In this document: one piece after another, positions 1 to 9,261 of the stretch
How the letters are laid out: every line of letters begins with the position of its first letter
Numbering within the stretch: position 1 is the stretch's first letter
Source of the DNA: Thermococcus sp. JdFR-02
GTDB taxonomy: Archaea > Methanobacteriota_B > Thermococci > Thermococcales > Thermococcaceae
Length of the DNA stretch: 64,000 nt
Assembly: GCA_002009975.1 (NCBI GenBank)
Contig: MTLP01000002.1
Span: 1-64,000 of the forward strand
Reading direction: 5' to 3'
The notes under the pieces: model-generated
The model's database searches: none
What the model saw: the letters and a program-made list of their open reading frames with translations, nothing else
Told to the model about the DNA's origin: nothing
Program-made: the position numbers and the translations under genes

Positions 1-173
1 TCGTTACAAAACAAAATTGACTCCATAACACAAAATTGCTTTTAGACAACAAAAACACAACAAAAAGAGCCAAAACAGAAAAATAAAAAACAATTACTCA
101 ACTCTTAAATCACTTCAATTTAATATGATATATACCAAGCACATATCAACAGCTGAAGCAATCTTTAAAAATA

Positions 174-188
174 CCCAAAGTTTATAAA
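174..188 (+). promoter_or_regulatory. BRE/TATA promoter of the yhbY-rps19e unit
   Basis: CCCAAAG followed by TTTATAAA about 50 nt upstream of the ATG at 240; SD GAGGTG precedes the start. Confidence 0.55.
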
Positions 189-239
189 GCATGTAGCTTT
201 CCTTTAGCGAGAGCGAGAAAATTTAAAGAGGTGTGAGAG

Positions 240-659
240 ATGGAAAAACGCCTACCTGGAAAAGTGAGAAGAGCTATAAGAGCGAAATATTATGATATTG
301 AACCTAGAGCATGGATTGGAAAAAAGGGGTTAGATGAGAGTGTAATAAATGAAATTAACACCCAACTGGAAAAAGACGGCATTTTAAAGGTTGAGATTAA
401 GAAAGGTGCTCTAATAGTGACACAAATGAAAAGAGAACAAATAGCCGAAAAAGTTGCCCAGCTTACTGATAGTGAGTTAATAGATGTGAGAGGCAAAAGG
501 TTTATATTATTCCGTCCAAGAGAAGGTTGGGAAAAGTATTTAAGGAAGCTCAAGCTTAAGGAACTTTCAAAGGGAGAGCGGGAAGAAAAGCCCGTTAAAA
601 AGATCAAGCTCGATATCGCTCAATTTAGGAAGAAATTCAAGAAAGGAAGGGGTGAATGA
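240..659 (+). CDS. YhbY/CRM-domain RNA-binding protein
   Basis: [29 protein letters not shown] and [12 protein letters not shown] match the CRS1/YhbY pattern; lies upstream of rps19e. Confidence 0.9.
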   Translation: MEKRLPGKVRRAIRAKYYDIEPRAWIGKKGLDESVINEINTQLEKDGILKVEIKKGALIVTQMKREQIAEKVAQLTDSELIDVRGKRFILFRPREGWEKYLRKLKLKELSKGEREEKPVKKIKLDIAQFRKKFKKGRGE

Positions 660-661
660 GG

Positions 662-1114
662 ATGGCGACAGTTTATGATGTTCCTGGTGATTTGCTCGTT
701 GAAAGGGTTGCTCAAAAGTTGAAGGAGATACAAGAGATTAAGCCACCAGAGTGGGCATTATTCGTTAAAACAGGAAGACACAAGGAAAGAATACCAGAGC
801 AAGACGATTGGTGGTACTATAGAGTTGCTTCAATCTTAAGAAAAATCTACATTGATGGTCCCGTTGGTATTGAAAGATTAAGGACCTACTATGGCGGAAG
901 AAAGAATAGAGGTCATGCTCCAGAAAAGTTCTACAAGGGAAGTGGAAGCATAATAAGGAAAGCCCTCCAACAACTTGAGGCAGCTGGATTCATAACAAAA
1001 GTTCCAGGAGAGGGAAGGATAGTAACTCCAAAGGGAAGAAGCTTTTTAGATAAGGCAGCAACCGAACTTAAGAAGGAATTAGAGGAGATTATTCCAGAGC
1101 TTAAGAAGTACTGA
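662..1114 (+). CDS. rps19e: 30S ribosomal protein S19e
   Basis: MATVYDVP...PPEWA.FVKTG.HKER.P...DWWY.R.ASILRK...[14 protein letters not shown]; second ATG (662) taken as start. Confidence 0.98.
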   Translation: MATVYDVPGDLLVERVAQKLKEIQEIKPPEWALFVKTGRHKERIPEQDDWWYYRVASILRKIYIDGPVGIERLRTYYGGRKNRGHAPEKFYKGSGSIIRKALQQLEAAGFITKVPGEGRIVTPKGRSFLDKAATELKKELEEIIPELKKY

Positions 1115-1221
1115 GCTTTTCTTTATTAAACCCCAAATTTTTATCTTTGTCATGCAGTTGCAATAACTTTTTAATTCCTTTTGCTTATCTTCCTTTAGCG
1201 AGACTTTTGGAGGTGACGCTC

Positions 1222-1560
1222 ATGGCTGAAGATATTGAAGAAATCAGGAGAAAAAAACTTTTAGAACTACAAAGAAAACTAGCAGAGCAACAAAAAGCCC
1301 AAGAGGAAGAAGCCAGAAGACAAATGGAAATTGAAGCCCAGATACAGGCAATATTAAGGAGAATACTAACTCCAGAAGCGAGGGAAAGACTGAACAGAGT
1401 AAAACTCGTCAAACCCGAACTTGCGAGACAAGTGGAGCTTATATTGGTTCAACTCTATCAAGCGGGACAGATAAGGGAAAAAATCAGTGATGAAAAACTT
1501 AAGAGAATCTTAGCCCAGATAGATGCAAGGACGAGAAAGGAGTACAGGATTAAATGGTGA
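1222..1560 (+). CDS. PDCD5-like DNA-binding protein
   Basis: DIEEIRRKKL...ILTPEARERLNRVKLVKPELARQVE; ATG 1222 follows SD GGAGGTGA. Confidence 0.93.
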   Translation: MAEDIEEIRRKKLLELQRKLAEQQKAQEEEARRQMEIEAQIQAILRRILTPEARERLNRVKLVKPELARQVELILVQLYQAGQIREKISDEKLKRILAQIDARTRKEYRIKW

Positions 1561-1586
1561 CCTTTTAACTTCTTTTTGGTGATTCT

Positions 1587-2189
1587 ATGGAAGTTTATCA
1601 CCTTTACAGTGGAGGAAAAGATTCTTCTCTAGCCGCTTACATTCTAAGAAGTATTGGTTATGAGGTTAAGCTGGTTACGATTAATTTTAGAGTTTTAGAT
1701 AGTTGGAAATATGCAAAGAAAACCGCTGAGGCTTTAGGTTTTGAGCATGATGTTATTTTTCTCGATAAAAAGATCTTAGAAAAAGCTGCTGAAATTTGTA
1801 TTCAAGATGGACACCCAAATAGAGCGATTCAGTTTATCCATGAAAGAGCCTTAGAAGAAGTTGCAAAGATGGAAGAGGTCAAAAGGATTAGTGATGGAAC
1901 AAGAAGAGATGACAGGGTTCCAATGTTGGAATTGCCAAAGGCAAGAAGCTTAGAAGATAGATTTAACGTTCAATATATTCGTCCTTTACTCGGATTGGGA
2001 TATAAAACGATTAGAGAGCTTACAGAGAAGCTTTTCATTATTGAGATTAGAGAGAGTGAAAAGCTTGAAAAGAGCGATTACGAAGTTGAGCTTAGATATT
2101 TGCTCAGACAGAAAGGTATTGATCCGTTAAGCATCTTCCCCAAGAGACATTATCAGTCAAGGGTTTTGGGGTGGAAAGAGATTTATTAA
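1587..2189 (+). CDS. PP-loop superfamily ATPase (conserved archaeal)
   Basis: LYSGGKDSS PP-loop and DGTRRDD motif; usual neighbour of rps19e/PDCD5. Confidence 0.85.
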   Translation: MEVYHLYSGGKDSSLAAYILRSIGYEVKLVTINFRVLDSWKYAKKTAEALGFEHDVIFLDKKILEKAAEICIQDGHPNRAIQFIHERALEEVAKMEEVKRISDGTRRDDRVPMLELPKARSLEDRFNVQYIRPLLGLGYKTIRELTEKLFIIEIRESEKLEKSDYEVELRYLLRQKGIDPLSIFPKRHYQSRVLGWKEIY

Positions 2190-2352
2190 AACTAAGAGTT
2201 GAGTTCGTTTCATTGTAACTTGGCCTTTCAATTTAATGTCGATTTTTGTTCAATCTCTTACTCAGCTTTCTTTTGGCTATAATAACTAATAAAACTATAG
2301 TCTAAAAAAATTATTATTTAAAATAGAAAAAATAAATTAACTAAAGCAGAAG

Positions 2353-2366
2353 GAAAAATTTATATA
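2353..2366 (+). promoter_or_regulatory. BRE/TATA promoter of the 2416-3849 cassette
   Basis: GAAAAA followed by TTTATATA about 50 nt before the TTG start; SD AGGTGA at 2404-2409. Confidence 0.5.
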
Positions 2367-2415
2367 TCCTGGGAGTTTAAGATACAGGTGTAAAAAATCT
2401 GGTAGGTGATGCCAA

Positions 2416-2946
2416 TTGCAATGGAAGAAATTGTTAAGTTTAGTGTTGGGAGTATTGGCTTTAGCGGCTACTACAGAAATTGCGAGTGCAGAGAAAATTA
2501 TAAAGTCAAATGAAGGGGACATTATACCTGGTCCTTTTACAGAATGGAGAATAGTGGACTCGTATGTATATACAATAAATTATGGACCATGGGTAGAAGA
2601 AGTAAGGCATACATGTTATACCACTAGCTGTAGCGTAAAAAAGACCATAAGCCACTGCAGTGAAACTGTTCTCTGGGGTACAGTAAAAGTGTCTAAATCA
2701 GAGATTAAAGCAGAGGTGGGGTTTTCTATAGGAGAAGAAGATTGTGAAAGTATTAGCTGTAGTGCAACTTGTAATTACGGAGAGACACTTATCCTATATT
2801 GGAGGTATAGACAACCAGTTTATAAAATCATTCAAAGAAAATATATAGTAGATGGATTTGGCAGAGAATATGCAACAGATGAGTATGCCTATGCTTATGC
2901 GAGACAGGAATGGACACCAGAATGTAAGAGCATAGCTACAAGGTGA
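2416..2946 (+). CDS. Secreted Cys-rich beta-strand protein, putative aerolysin/ETX-MTX2-like fold
   Basis: Signal peptide (KK, hydrophobic core, ASA cleavage site), 7 Cys, amphipathic hairpin WGTVKVSKSEIKAEVGFSIG; TTG start with SD. CDS call is firm, fold is inference. Confidence 0.7.
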   Translation: MQWKKLLSLVLGVLALAATTEIASAEKIIKSNEGDIIPGPFTEWRIVDSYVYTINYGPWVEEVRHTCYTTSCSVKKTISHCSETVLWGTVKVSKSEIKAEVGFSIGEEDCESISCSATCNYGETLILYWRYRQPVYKIIQRKYIVDGFGREYATDEYAYAYARQEWTPECKSIATR

Positions 2947-2952
2947 AGAACA

Positions 2953-3849
2953 GTGAAGAAACACTTAGAAGAAAAGATTTATTCAGCGTCTGTAATAATT
3001 ATTTCATTTGTCCTCTTTTCATCTCTTTTAATTGGAATTTATTCTCATAAAATTTCAGAACGAAAATTAGAAAGCACTGGTACATTTATCAGCGAACACC
3101 TAGCCTATGTATATGCAAGTCCAAACGAGACTATAGAAGCAACAATCTATTGGTGTCCTTTAAGATTAGAAAAAAATACTAGTATAACTGCATATGCTCC
3201 AAATCTCAATTCGTGGGTTAAATACAGGGGGAAAGAACTTAAGCGATCTTCTCGTGGATATTTTGAATTACAGATACCAATAACTCCTTGGTATATAGGG
3301 ACTTACGAACTCAGAAACTTAAAGTTAAATGTTTCTATCTGGACCTCAAACACTAAACAAAAATTGATACTTCCTTTTGGGAACTGGAGTTTTGAAGTTG
3401 TATTTAATACCTCTTCCGATTTATTAATTACGGAATTTAATTCAAAAATTTTCACAGTAGAAGAAGCTACCAAACTTATAGCCTATGAGATAGGATTATT
3501 CAATCCTACAGATAGAAATATCTATGTCACAAATATTGCCTATAATCTTAATGCCTCAAAAGTCAGAACTATCGCGATAGCTTGTTACAATGCAACATCT
3601 ATTCTTAACTTACCTTCAATACATAATGCTTCAGACATTCCAGAAAACAATATTCTTCCTGTGACAGGGTGTCTAATTCCATCACGAGAAAAAAGATACA
3701 TTGTTGTTTATATTAAAGTGAATCCCTCTGTAAAAATGCTTTTATTAAGACCAAAAATAGAGTACAAAATAGATAATAGAACTCGTTTTATGCCAGGAGG
3801 AATAATGGAATTTACAAGAGTCCAAAAATCGTGTATGAGCCAATCTTAA
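2953..3849 (+). CDS. Hypothetical membrane-anchored extracellular protein
   Basis: One N-terminal TM helix, many N-x-S/T sequons, beta-rich; 6 nt after the upstream gene. Confidence 0.75.
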   Translation: MKKHLEEKIYSASVIIISFVLFSSLLIGIYSHKISERKLESTGTFISEHLAYVYASPNETIEATIYWCPLRLEKNTSITAYAPNLNSWVKYRGKELKRSSRGYFELQIPITPWYIGTYELRNLKLNVSIWTSNTKQKLILPFGNWSFEVVFNTSSDLLITEFNSKIFTVEEATKLIAYEIGLFNPTDRNIYVTNIAYNLNASKVRTIAIACYNATSILNLPSIHNASDIPENNILPVTGCLIPSREKRYIVVYIKVNPSVKMLLLRPKIEYKIDNRTRFMPGGIMEFTRVQKSCMSQS

Positions 3850-4135
3850 GAATTATTTTTGATGTACTATCCGCAGATTTTTATAATTTTTATCTTCTTT
3901 TTGATTCTCTAACTTATTCTCACAGGAACAAATATCACTCTTCACCAAAAATTCTTAAGGATGGTGAATATTCTTTAAGCCAGAATGCATAGTCTTAATA
4001 TCCATCACGAGGCAAGATTTATAAAAGGAGACTAAAATGTTAGCTCTGAATATAAAAACTTAAGGGGAAGATTTAAATAAGCTTAAGCTTGAAGCTTGGT
4101 TAGAACTAATTACGATAACCTAAGGAGGGATAGGA

Positions 4136-4291
4136 ATGGCAAGATATAAGCCACTTGCAAAGAAGCTTCGCTTGGCTAAAGCGGGTAAGCAAAATAGGAG
4201 AGTTCCCGTTTGGGTAATTATTAAAACAAACAGAAAAGTTATGACGCATCCAAAGAGAAGATACTGGAGGAGGACAAAGCTTAAGGAGTGA
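4136..4291 (+). CDS. rpl39e: 50S ribosomal protein L39e (not in the ORF track)
   Basis: Manual translation [51 protein letters not shown]; directly upstream of rpl31e. Confidence 0.97.
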   Translation: MARYKPLAKKLRLAKAGKQNRRVPVWVIIKTNRKVMTHPKRRYWRRTKLKE

Positions 4292-4297
4292 TGAGCT

Positions 4298-4570
4298 ATG
4301 GCAGAGGAGAGAGTTTATACCGTCCCAATTAAGAAGATAAAGAAGATCGTTCCAAGATGGAAAAGAGCTCCAAGGGCAGTAAAGTTCGTTAAGGAGTTTG
4401 TAGCAAGGCACACAAAGGCTCAAGAAGTAATTATAGGTACCGATGTCAACGAGAAGATCTGGGAACGTGGGATAGAAAAGCCACCAAGCAAGCTTAGAGT
4501 CAAGGTTACAATAGAGGAAAAAGAGACTGAAGAAGGAAGAATCAAGGTTGCAGAGGTTCACCTTGCCTGA
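4298..4570 (+). CDS. rpl31e: 50S ribosomal protein L31e
   Basis: ERVYTVP...[11 protein letters not shown]...[19 protein letters not shown]. Confidence 0.97.
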   Translation: MAEERVYTVPIKKIKKIVPRWKRAPRAVKFVKEFVARHTKAQEVIIGTDVNEKIWERGIEKPPSKLRVKVTIEEKETEEGRIKVAEVHLA

Positions 4571-4601
4571 TTTTATTTTAATTTAATGATGAGGTGCGAA
4601 A

Positions 4602-5288
4602 ATGCATATTGAGAGATTAGATTTTGAAAATTCACCATATTTGGGTGTGTTTGGAGTTGCAACCGATAAGGTAGTTCTTATTAGGGAAGGTTTGCAAGAG
4701 GGCAAGTTAGAAGTTCTTAGGGGAGTTTTAAGGGTTCCTTTAATTGAGACAAGCATAATGAAATCAAGGATTGTTGGAATCTTTGCCAAAGGCAATTCAA
4801 ATGCTATAATAGTCCCCCATTACATCTGGGATAACGAGCTTGAAAGGATAAACAATGCATTGAAAGAATTTGATATAGACCTAAGAATTGAGCCACTCTT
4901 TAGTAAGCTAACTGCTTTTGGAAACTTGATATTGGCTAATGATAAAGCTGCTTTAGTTAGTGCAAAATTCACAAAGGATGAGGCAAAGCAGATTGAGGAC
5001 ATTTTGGGAGTTGAAGTTGAGAGGGGAATTATAGCAACCTACTACGCTGTTGGAAGCGTTGGAGTTATAACCAATAAAGGCGGAATAGTGCACCCAGATA
5101 CAACTGAAGAAGAATTGGAATGGCTTAAAGATTTGTTTGGTGTTGATGTTTATCTCGGAACCGCTAACATGGGAGTTCCCTTTGTAGGCTCATGTATGCT
5201 GGCTAATTCCTTTGGTGTTGCGGTTGGCAGTTTAACTACTGGTCCAGAAATCGTTAAAATTGAGGAAGCATTAGGATTTTTGGGGTGA
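4602..5288 (+). CDS. eif6: Translation initiation factor 6 (aIF6)
   Basis: SPYLGVF, GNLILANDKAALV, GTANMGVPFVGS, TTGPEIVKIEEALG. Confidence 0.96.
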   Translation: MHIERLDFENSPYLGVFGVATDKVVLIREGLQEGKLEVLRGVLRVPLIETSIMKSRIVGIFAKGNSNAIIVPHYIWDNELERINNALKEFDIDLRIEPLFSKLTAFGNLILANDKAALVSAKFTKDEAKQIEDILGVEVERGIIATYYAVGSVGVITNKGGIVHPDTTEEELEWLKDLFGVDVYLGTANMGVPFVGSCMLANSFGVAVGSLTTGPEIVKIEEALGFLG

Positions 5289-5294
5289 GGAAAG

Positions 5295-5531
5295 ATGGAG
5301 GTTAAGGTTTATCGCGTTAAGGGAACCTTTGCAATTGGAAAAGAAAAACAACCATTCACAAAGGAATATAGAGCAGTAAAACCAGAGGATGTTATTGAAT
5401 TAGTCTACTCAGACATTGGAAGTAAACACAAGGTAAAGAGAAGCAAAATCTGGATTGAAAAAATTGAAGAAATTAGCCCAGAGGAAGCCGAGAATCCAAT
5501 AGTTAGAAGACTCAGCCTTGAAACAGCATGA
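5295..5531 (+). CDS. rpl18a: 50S ribosomal protein L18Ae/LX (eL20)
   Basis: VKVYRVKG...FTKEYRA...[18 protein letters not shown]; conserved position after eif6. Confidence 0.95.
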   Translation: MEVKVYRVKGTFAIGKEKQPFTKEYRAVKPEDVIELVYSDIGSKHKVKRSKIWIEKIEEISPEEAENPIVRRLSLETA

Positions 5532-5661
5532 CCCCTTTTCATTAAATCTTTCACTTTATTATTACACCTTAAGCAACTCTTTAGCTTTTCTTAGAGAGCA
5601 ACACAAGTAAATCCAAACCCTTAAAAATTCTCCCTTCAAATTCTTCTTGGAGGTGAAAGTT

Positions 5662-6108
5662 ATGGCACAAAGTCAGGAAGCTTTGGAAAAGTTAGCTTAT
5701 GAATATCAGCTTTTACAAGCTCAAGCTCAGCTTTTGGCACAAAATTTAGAACTTTTAAATTTGGGAATGAACGAATTTAAAGCAGTTAAGGAGACTCTGG
5801 AAAAGCTTAAAGAAGTTGAAGAGGAAAAACCAGAGATTTTAGTTCCTATTGGGGCTGGCTCATTTTTAAAAGGACAAATAATTGATAAGAACAATGCAAT
5901 AGTTAGCATTGGAGCGGGTTATGCAATTGAAAAAAGCTTTGATGATGCAATAAAATATCTTGACGAGAGGATTAAAGAGTACGAGGATGCAATTAAAAGG
6001 ACTCAAGATGCTCTTCAAAACTTAGAACAAAAGCTACAAGACTTAGCAAGAAAGGCTCAAAAAATACAACAAGAACAGGCAATGAAGTTTAGAGTTCAAA
6101 AGAAGTGA
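5662..6108 (+). CDS. pfdA: Prefoldin alpha subunit
   Basis: Coiled coils flanking [11 protein letters not shown]...[12 protein letters not shown]; ATG 5662 after SD GGAGGTGA. Confidence 0.95.
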   Translation: MAQSQEALEKLAYEYQLLQAQAQLLAQNLELLNLGMNEFKAVKETLEKLKEVEEEKPEILVPIGAGSFLKGQIIDKNNAIVSIGAGYAIEKSFDDAIKYLDERIKEYEDAIKRTQDALQNLEQKLQDLARKAQKIQQEQAMKFRVQKK

Positions 6109-6112
6109 TGTC

Positions 6113-7030
6113 CTAAAAGTCCTCCTTTTCCTCCATTTTCACTTCAAATTTCAACTCTTCTTTAACATCCCGCTTAAATGGCAAATCCAAAGCTAGTCTA
6201 AGGACAAAAATACCATGTCCTGCTATTACTCTTCCAAGCTTAAGATTTCTTAGAAGGTTTTGAGGATCTAAAAGATTATAGTGCGAGATTACAAGTATAG
6301 GCTCATTAAAGAATCTGTATTCAAAATTTGCAACATCTCTGGTTTCTGTTATTTTCTCCTTAACTTCAACCTTTCCCTTTGCTATCAATTCCACTTTTGC
6401 TTTTCTTGCCTTGCTCAAGTTAGCTTGTAAATAACCTCTAAACCCATTTTCAATTGGACTAATCCTCAACTCTGCAAAGTCTTCTTGGGTAGAAACGCTT
6501 AAAGTCTCTTGGGGGAACTCCAATCTATAACTTGGCAAAGCGTAGAGAATTACAATATCTTTAAATTCTTCATCCAAAACCCTAACTCCTGATAGGTATA
6601 TCTTTCCAGAGCCGTCTTGGGCTATTGCAAGAAAGAAAGGTTTAACTTCTAAAGTTATCTCCGCCGTTTCCATTTCTCTGTGAGATATAAACTCCCTACT
6701 GACATGATAACTCCTGCTTCTACCACTAGAATGCCACTCCCCAGTAGCTTTAAAGTATCCTTCCTCTACTTTTAATGGCTTTGAAAAGGTTAGTTTATCT
6801 TCGTAGATATTAACGTTGCTAATAAACTTCTCAACTTTCTTGGTTGAACTATATGAGGCGATAATCCCAATACCCACTAATAAAAGGAGAAAAATAAAAG
6901 CTCCAAAGACCCAAAGCGGCATTTTTCCTGTTTTTTGAGCAATAACTATGAGCGCAATAATGAAAACTGCAAGGAAAACAACACCAACTACAAGCAATCC
7001 TTTCCTTGTTTTTACAAAGATTGTTCTCAT
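6113..7030 (-). CDS. Hypothetical membrane protein (two N-terminal TM helices, soluble beta-rich domain)
   Basis: 305-aa ORF with typical composition and two hydrophobic N-terminal segments. Confidence 0.75.
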   Translation of the reverse strand: MRTIFVKTRKGLLVVGVVFLAVFIIALIVIAQKTGKMPLWVFGAFIFLLLLVGIGIIASYSSTKKVEKFISNVNIYEDKLTFSKPLKVEEGYFKATGEWHSSGRSRSYHVSREFISHREMETAEITLEVKPFFLAIAQDGSGKIYLSGVRVLDEEFKDIVILYALPSYRLEFPQETLSVSTQEDFAELRISPIENGFRGYLQANLSKARKAKVELIAKGKVEVKEKITETRDVANFEYRFFNEPILVISHYNLLDPQNLLRNLKLGRVIAGHGIFVLRLALDLPFKRDVKEELKFEVKMEEKEDF

Positions 7031-7061
7031 TCTTTACACCAACCTTTTCTTTTTATCGCTT

Positions 7062-8210
7062 TCAAACCTTATAAGGCTTTTTTAAGAAAGTCCAGAACCC
7101 AAAAGAGCTCAAAATCCCAAGTAAGGACACCATAATGGAGAGCATTCTAATGTTAAAACCACTCTCAAGTAAAAATGCAAAAGTTAGATGAGATAACGGA
7201 ATAATAATCGTCGCTAAGGCATCAAATAACCCCCTATAAGTGCCAAGCTTTTCAAGGGGAAAGTGCTTCTGGAAGATGCTATCCATTGAGACATTAAGCA
7301 TTTGTCCGCCTAAACCAAGAACAAAAACTCCAAAAAAGAGTGCCCAAACCTTTGAGAATCCGAACAATATCAAAGCGAGGCTTTGAAGAAGCATTCCAAT
7401 AAAAGCGGCTTTTTTAAGTTCTAACTTTTTCAAGAGCGAAACAATGCCTAGAAGTGCGATTAAACCACCAATGTCTCTAATAGATTGAAGCGTTCCATAT
7501 AAAGCTTCCCCAAGCTCTAAATTCCTCAAGGTGCTGAAGAGAAAGATCTTAAATGAGGAAATAGCAAAGTTAAAGGTTAAGATAATTCCTATAAAAAGAG
7601 CGACCGTTTTAAGAGTGAGTTCAAGCTTTGCAGGGCTTTCAGATTCCTCTTTTTTCAGAACTTTGACATTAAGGTAAGGCATTAATGAAAAAGCCCCAAA
7701 GATAAGGAAGAGTGCATCCATAAATAGCAGCCTTGCACCAAAGAGATATGCCAAATAACCTGCAAAGGGGAATGCTAAAAGAGAAAAACCTCTGCTAATA
7801 CCCTGCAAAGTTGCGTTAAGCCTCTGGAGCTCGCTTTCTTCCGAAGTTATTGTTGCAATTAGTGTAAATCCAAAATATCTGTGAAGAGTATCTAGAGCAG
7901 AAATGAGAGAGATTAAAATATATGCAAGCCAAACATTTGAGAAGCTGAAGATGAGAAAAACAACCAATATAGCTTGCAGTATCATGCTCAAAAACGCCAA
8001 TTTCACCTTTCGCTCAACCCTATCAAGAACTTTTCCCAAGAGAGGAGGAAAGAGCATCCAAGGAAGCATTGAAACAAGGGAATAGCCTGCTACACTTAAT
8101 AGGGAGCCTGTTCCTCTTAGCAACGTCCACGGAATAGCTACACTCTCAATAGCATCTCCAAAAACCCTTAACGCAGTGGTGAAGAGTACTAAGTGATAGA
8201 GTTTTTTCAT
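7062..8210 (-). CDS. MFS transporter
   Basis: About 12 hydrophobic segments; motif A-like GKVLDRVERK. Confidence 0.85.
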   Translation of the reverse strand: MKKLYHLVLFTTALRVFGDAIESVAIPWTLLRGTGSLLSVAGYSLVSMLPWMLFPPLLGKVLDRVERKVKLAFLSMILQAILVVFLIFSFSNVWLAYILISLISALDTLHRYFGFTLIATITSEESELQRLNATLQGISRGFSLLAFPFAGYLAYLFGARLLFMDALFLIFGAFSLMPYLNVKVLKKEESESPAKLELTLKTVALFIGIILTFNFAISSFKIFLFSTLRNLELGEALYGTLQSIRDIGGLIALLGIVSLLKKLELKKAAFIGMLLQSLALILFGFSKVWALFFGVFVLGLGGQMLNVSMDSIFQKHFPLEKLGTYRGLFDALATIIIPLSHLTFAFLLESGFNIRMLSIMVSLLGILSSFGFWTFLKKPYKV

Positions 8211-8245
8211 CGAAGCTCCCTCACGTTATAGAAAAACCATGGAAT

Positions 8246-9169
8246 CTACTCACCCTTTTTATACCACCCAATCGTTTCCAAAAGCCCATCTTCAATGCTG
8301 TATTTAGGCTTAAAGCCAAGCTTCTTGATTTTGCTTATATCAGCCAAACTGTGTCTTATATCACCAGGTCTTGGTTTGTCAAATAGTATAGAACTTTTTG
8401 AATCTGTTGCATCAATTATCTTTAGTGCCAGCTCTAAAATGGTGGTCTGCTCCCCCCTTGCAACGTTAAATGTTTTGCCATTTGCATTATTGCTCTTTGC
8501 TGCCAAAATGTTTGCCATAACAACGTCTTTAACGTAAATGAAATCTCTTGTCTGCTTTCCGTCCCCAAAGATTATCAAAGGCTCATCTTTTAAAGCCCTA
8601 TTTATGAAGATGCTTATTACTCCAGAGTATTGATTAAAACCCTGTCTCGGTCCAAAAACGTTGAAGTAACGTAGAATAGTGGTTTTAACACCATAAATTT
8701 CATAAAACACCTTGCAGTAGTACTCTCCTGTAGTCTTTGTGACGCCATAGGGAGACATTGGTTTTGGTTTTTCATTCTCTTTGAGCGGTAAATTTTGGTT
8801 ATTACCATAAACAGCGGCAGATGAGGCATAAATTAACTTTCCTTCTCCATCCATCAAAGCTCTTAAAATGTTAAGCGTTCCAAGGACATTAATCTCTTCC
8901 GTCAAAATAGGCTTCTCTATGCTTTCAACGACGCTAACTAACGCGGCTTCATGAAAAACGTAATCAGCTTGAGATATCATCTCAGCTATGCTGTGATAAT
9001 CCCTAATATCAGCTTGAATAAACTCTACATTTGGAGGAACGTTTTCAATTTTTCCAGCATAGAGGTTGTCAATCACGATTACATCGTTATCTTCGCTAAG
9101 CTCTTCTGCGATGTGGGAACCTATGAACCCAGCTCCTCCAGTGACAACAATGAGCTTGTTTTTTATCAT
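8246..9169 (-). CDS. galE: NAD-dependent epimerase/dehydratase (UDP-glucose 4-epimerase-like)
   Basis: TGGAGFIGSH, SSAAVYG, YGVTK (YxxxK), RYFNVFGPRQ, GDGKQTRDF. Confidence 0.85.
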   Translation of the reverse strand: MIKNKLIVVTGGAGFIGSHIAEELSEDNDVIVIDNLYAGKIENVPPNVEFIQADIRDYHSIAEMISQADYVFHEAALVSVVESIEKPILTEEINVLGTLNILRALMDGEGKLIYASSAAVYGNNQNLPLKENEKPKPMSPYGVTKTTGEYYCKVFYEIYGVKTTILRYFNVFGPRQGFNQYSGVISIFINRALKDEPLIIFGDGKQTRDFIYVKDVVMANILAAKSNNANGKTFNVARGEQTTILELALKIIDATDSKSSILFDKPRPGDIRHSLADISKIKKLGFKPKYSIEDGLLETIGWYKKGE

Positions 9170-9261
9170 TTTAAACACCCAAATGAGTTAAGCTTCGGAG
9201 GTTTTATGTTTTTTGGAGCAAAACTTTTATTTTTAACTTTCCCACTTATTTTGGTGGTAAT

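Noticed and set aside
3941-3968. Inverted repeat TTCACCA...TGGTGAA downstream of the cassette
   Set aside because: 7-bp arms with a 14-nt spacer and no matching copy at the left flank, so it is not supportable as an element end.
4106-4561. 151-aa minus-strand ORF
   Set aside because: Antisense shadow of rpl39e and rpl31e.
4586-4600. ATGATGA box C-like word before eif6
   Set aside because: Merges with the SD (GAGGTG) and has no suitably spaced CTGA boxes.
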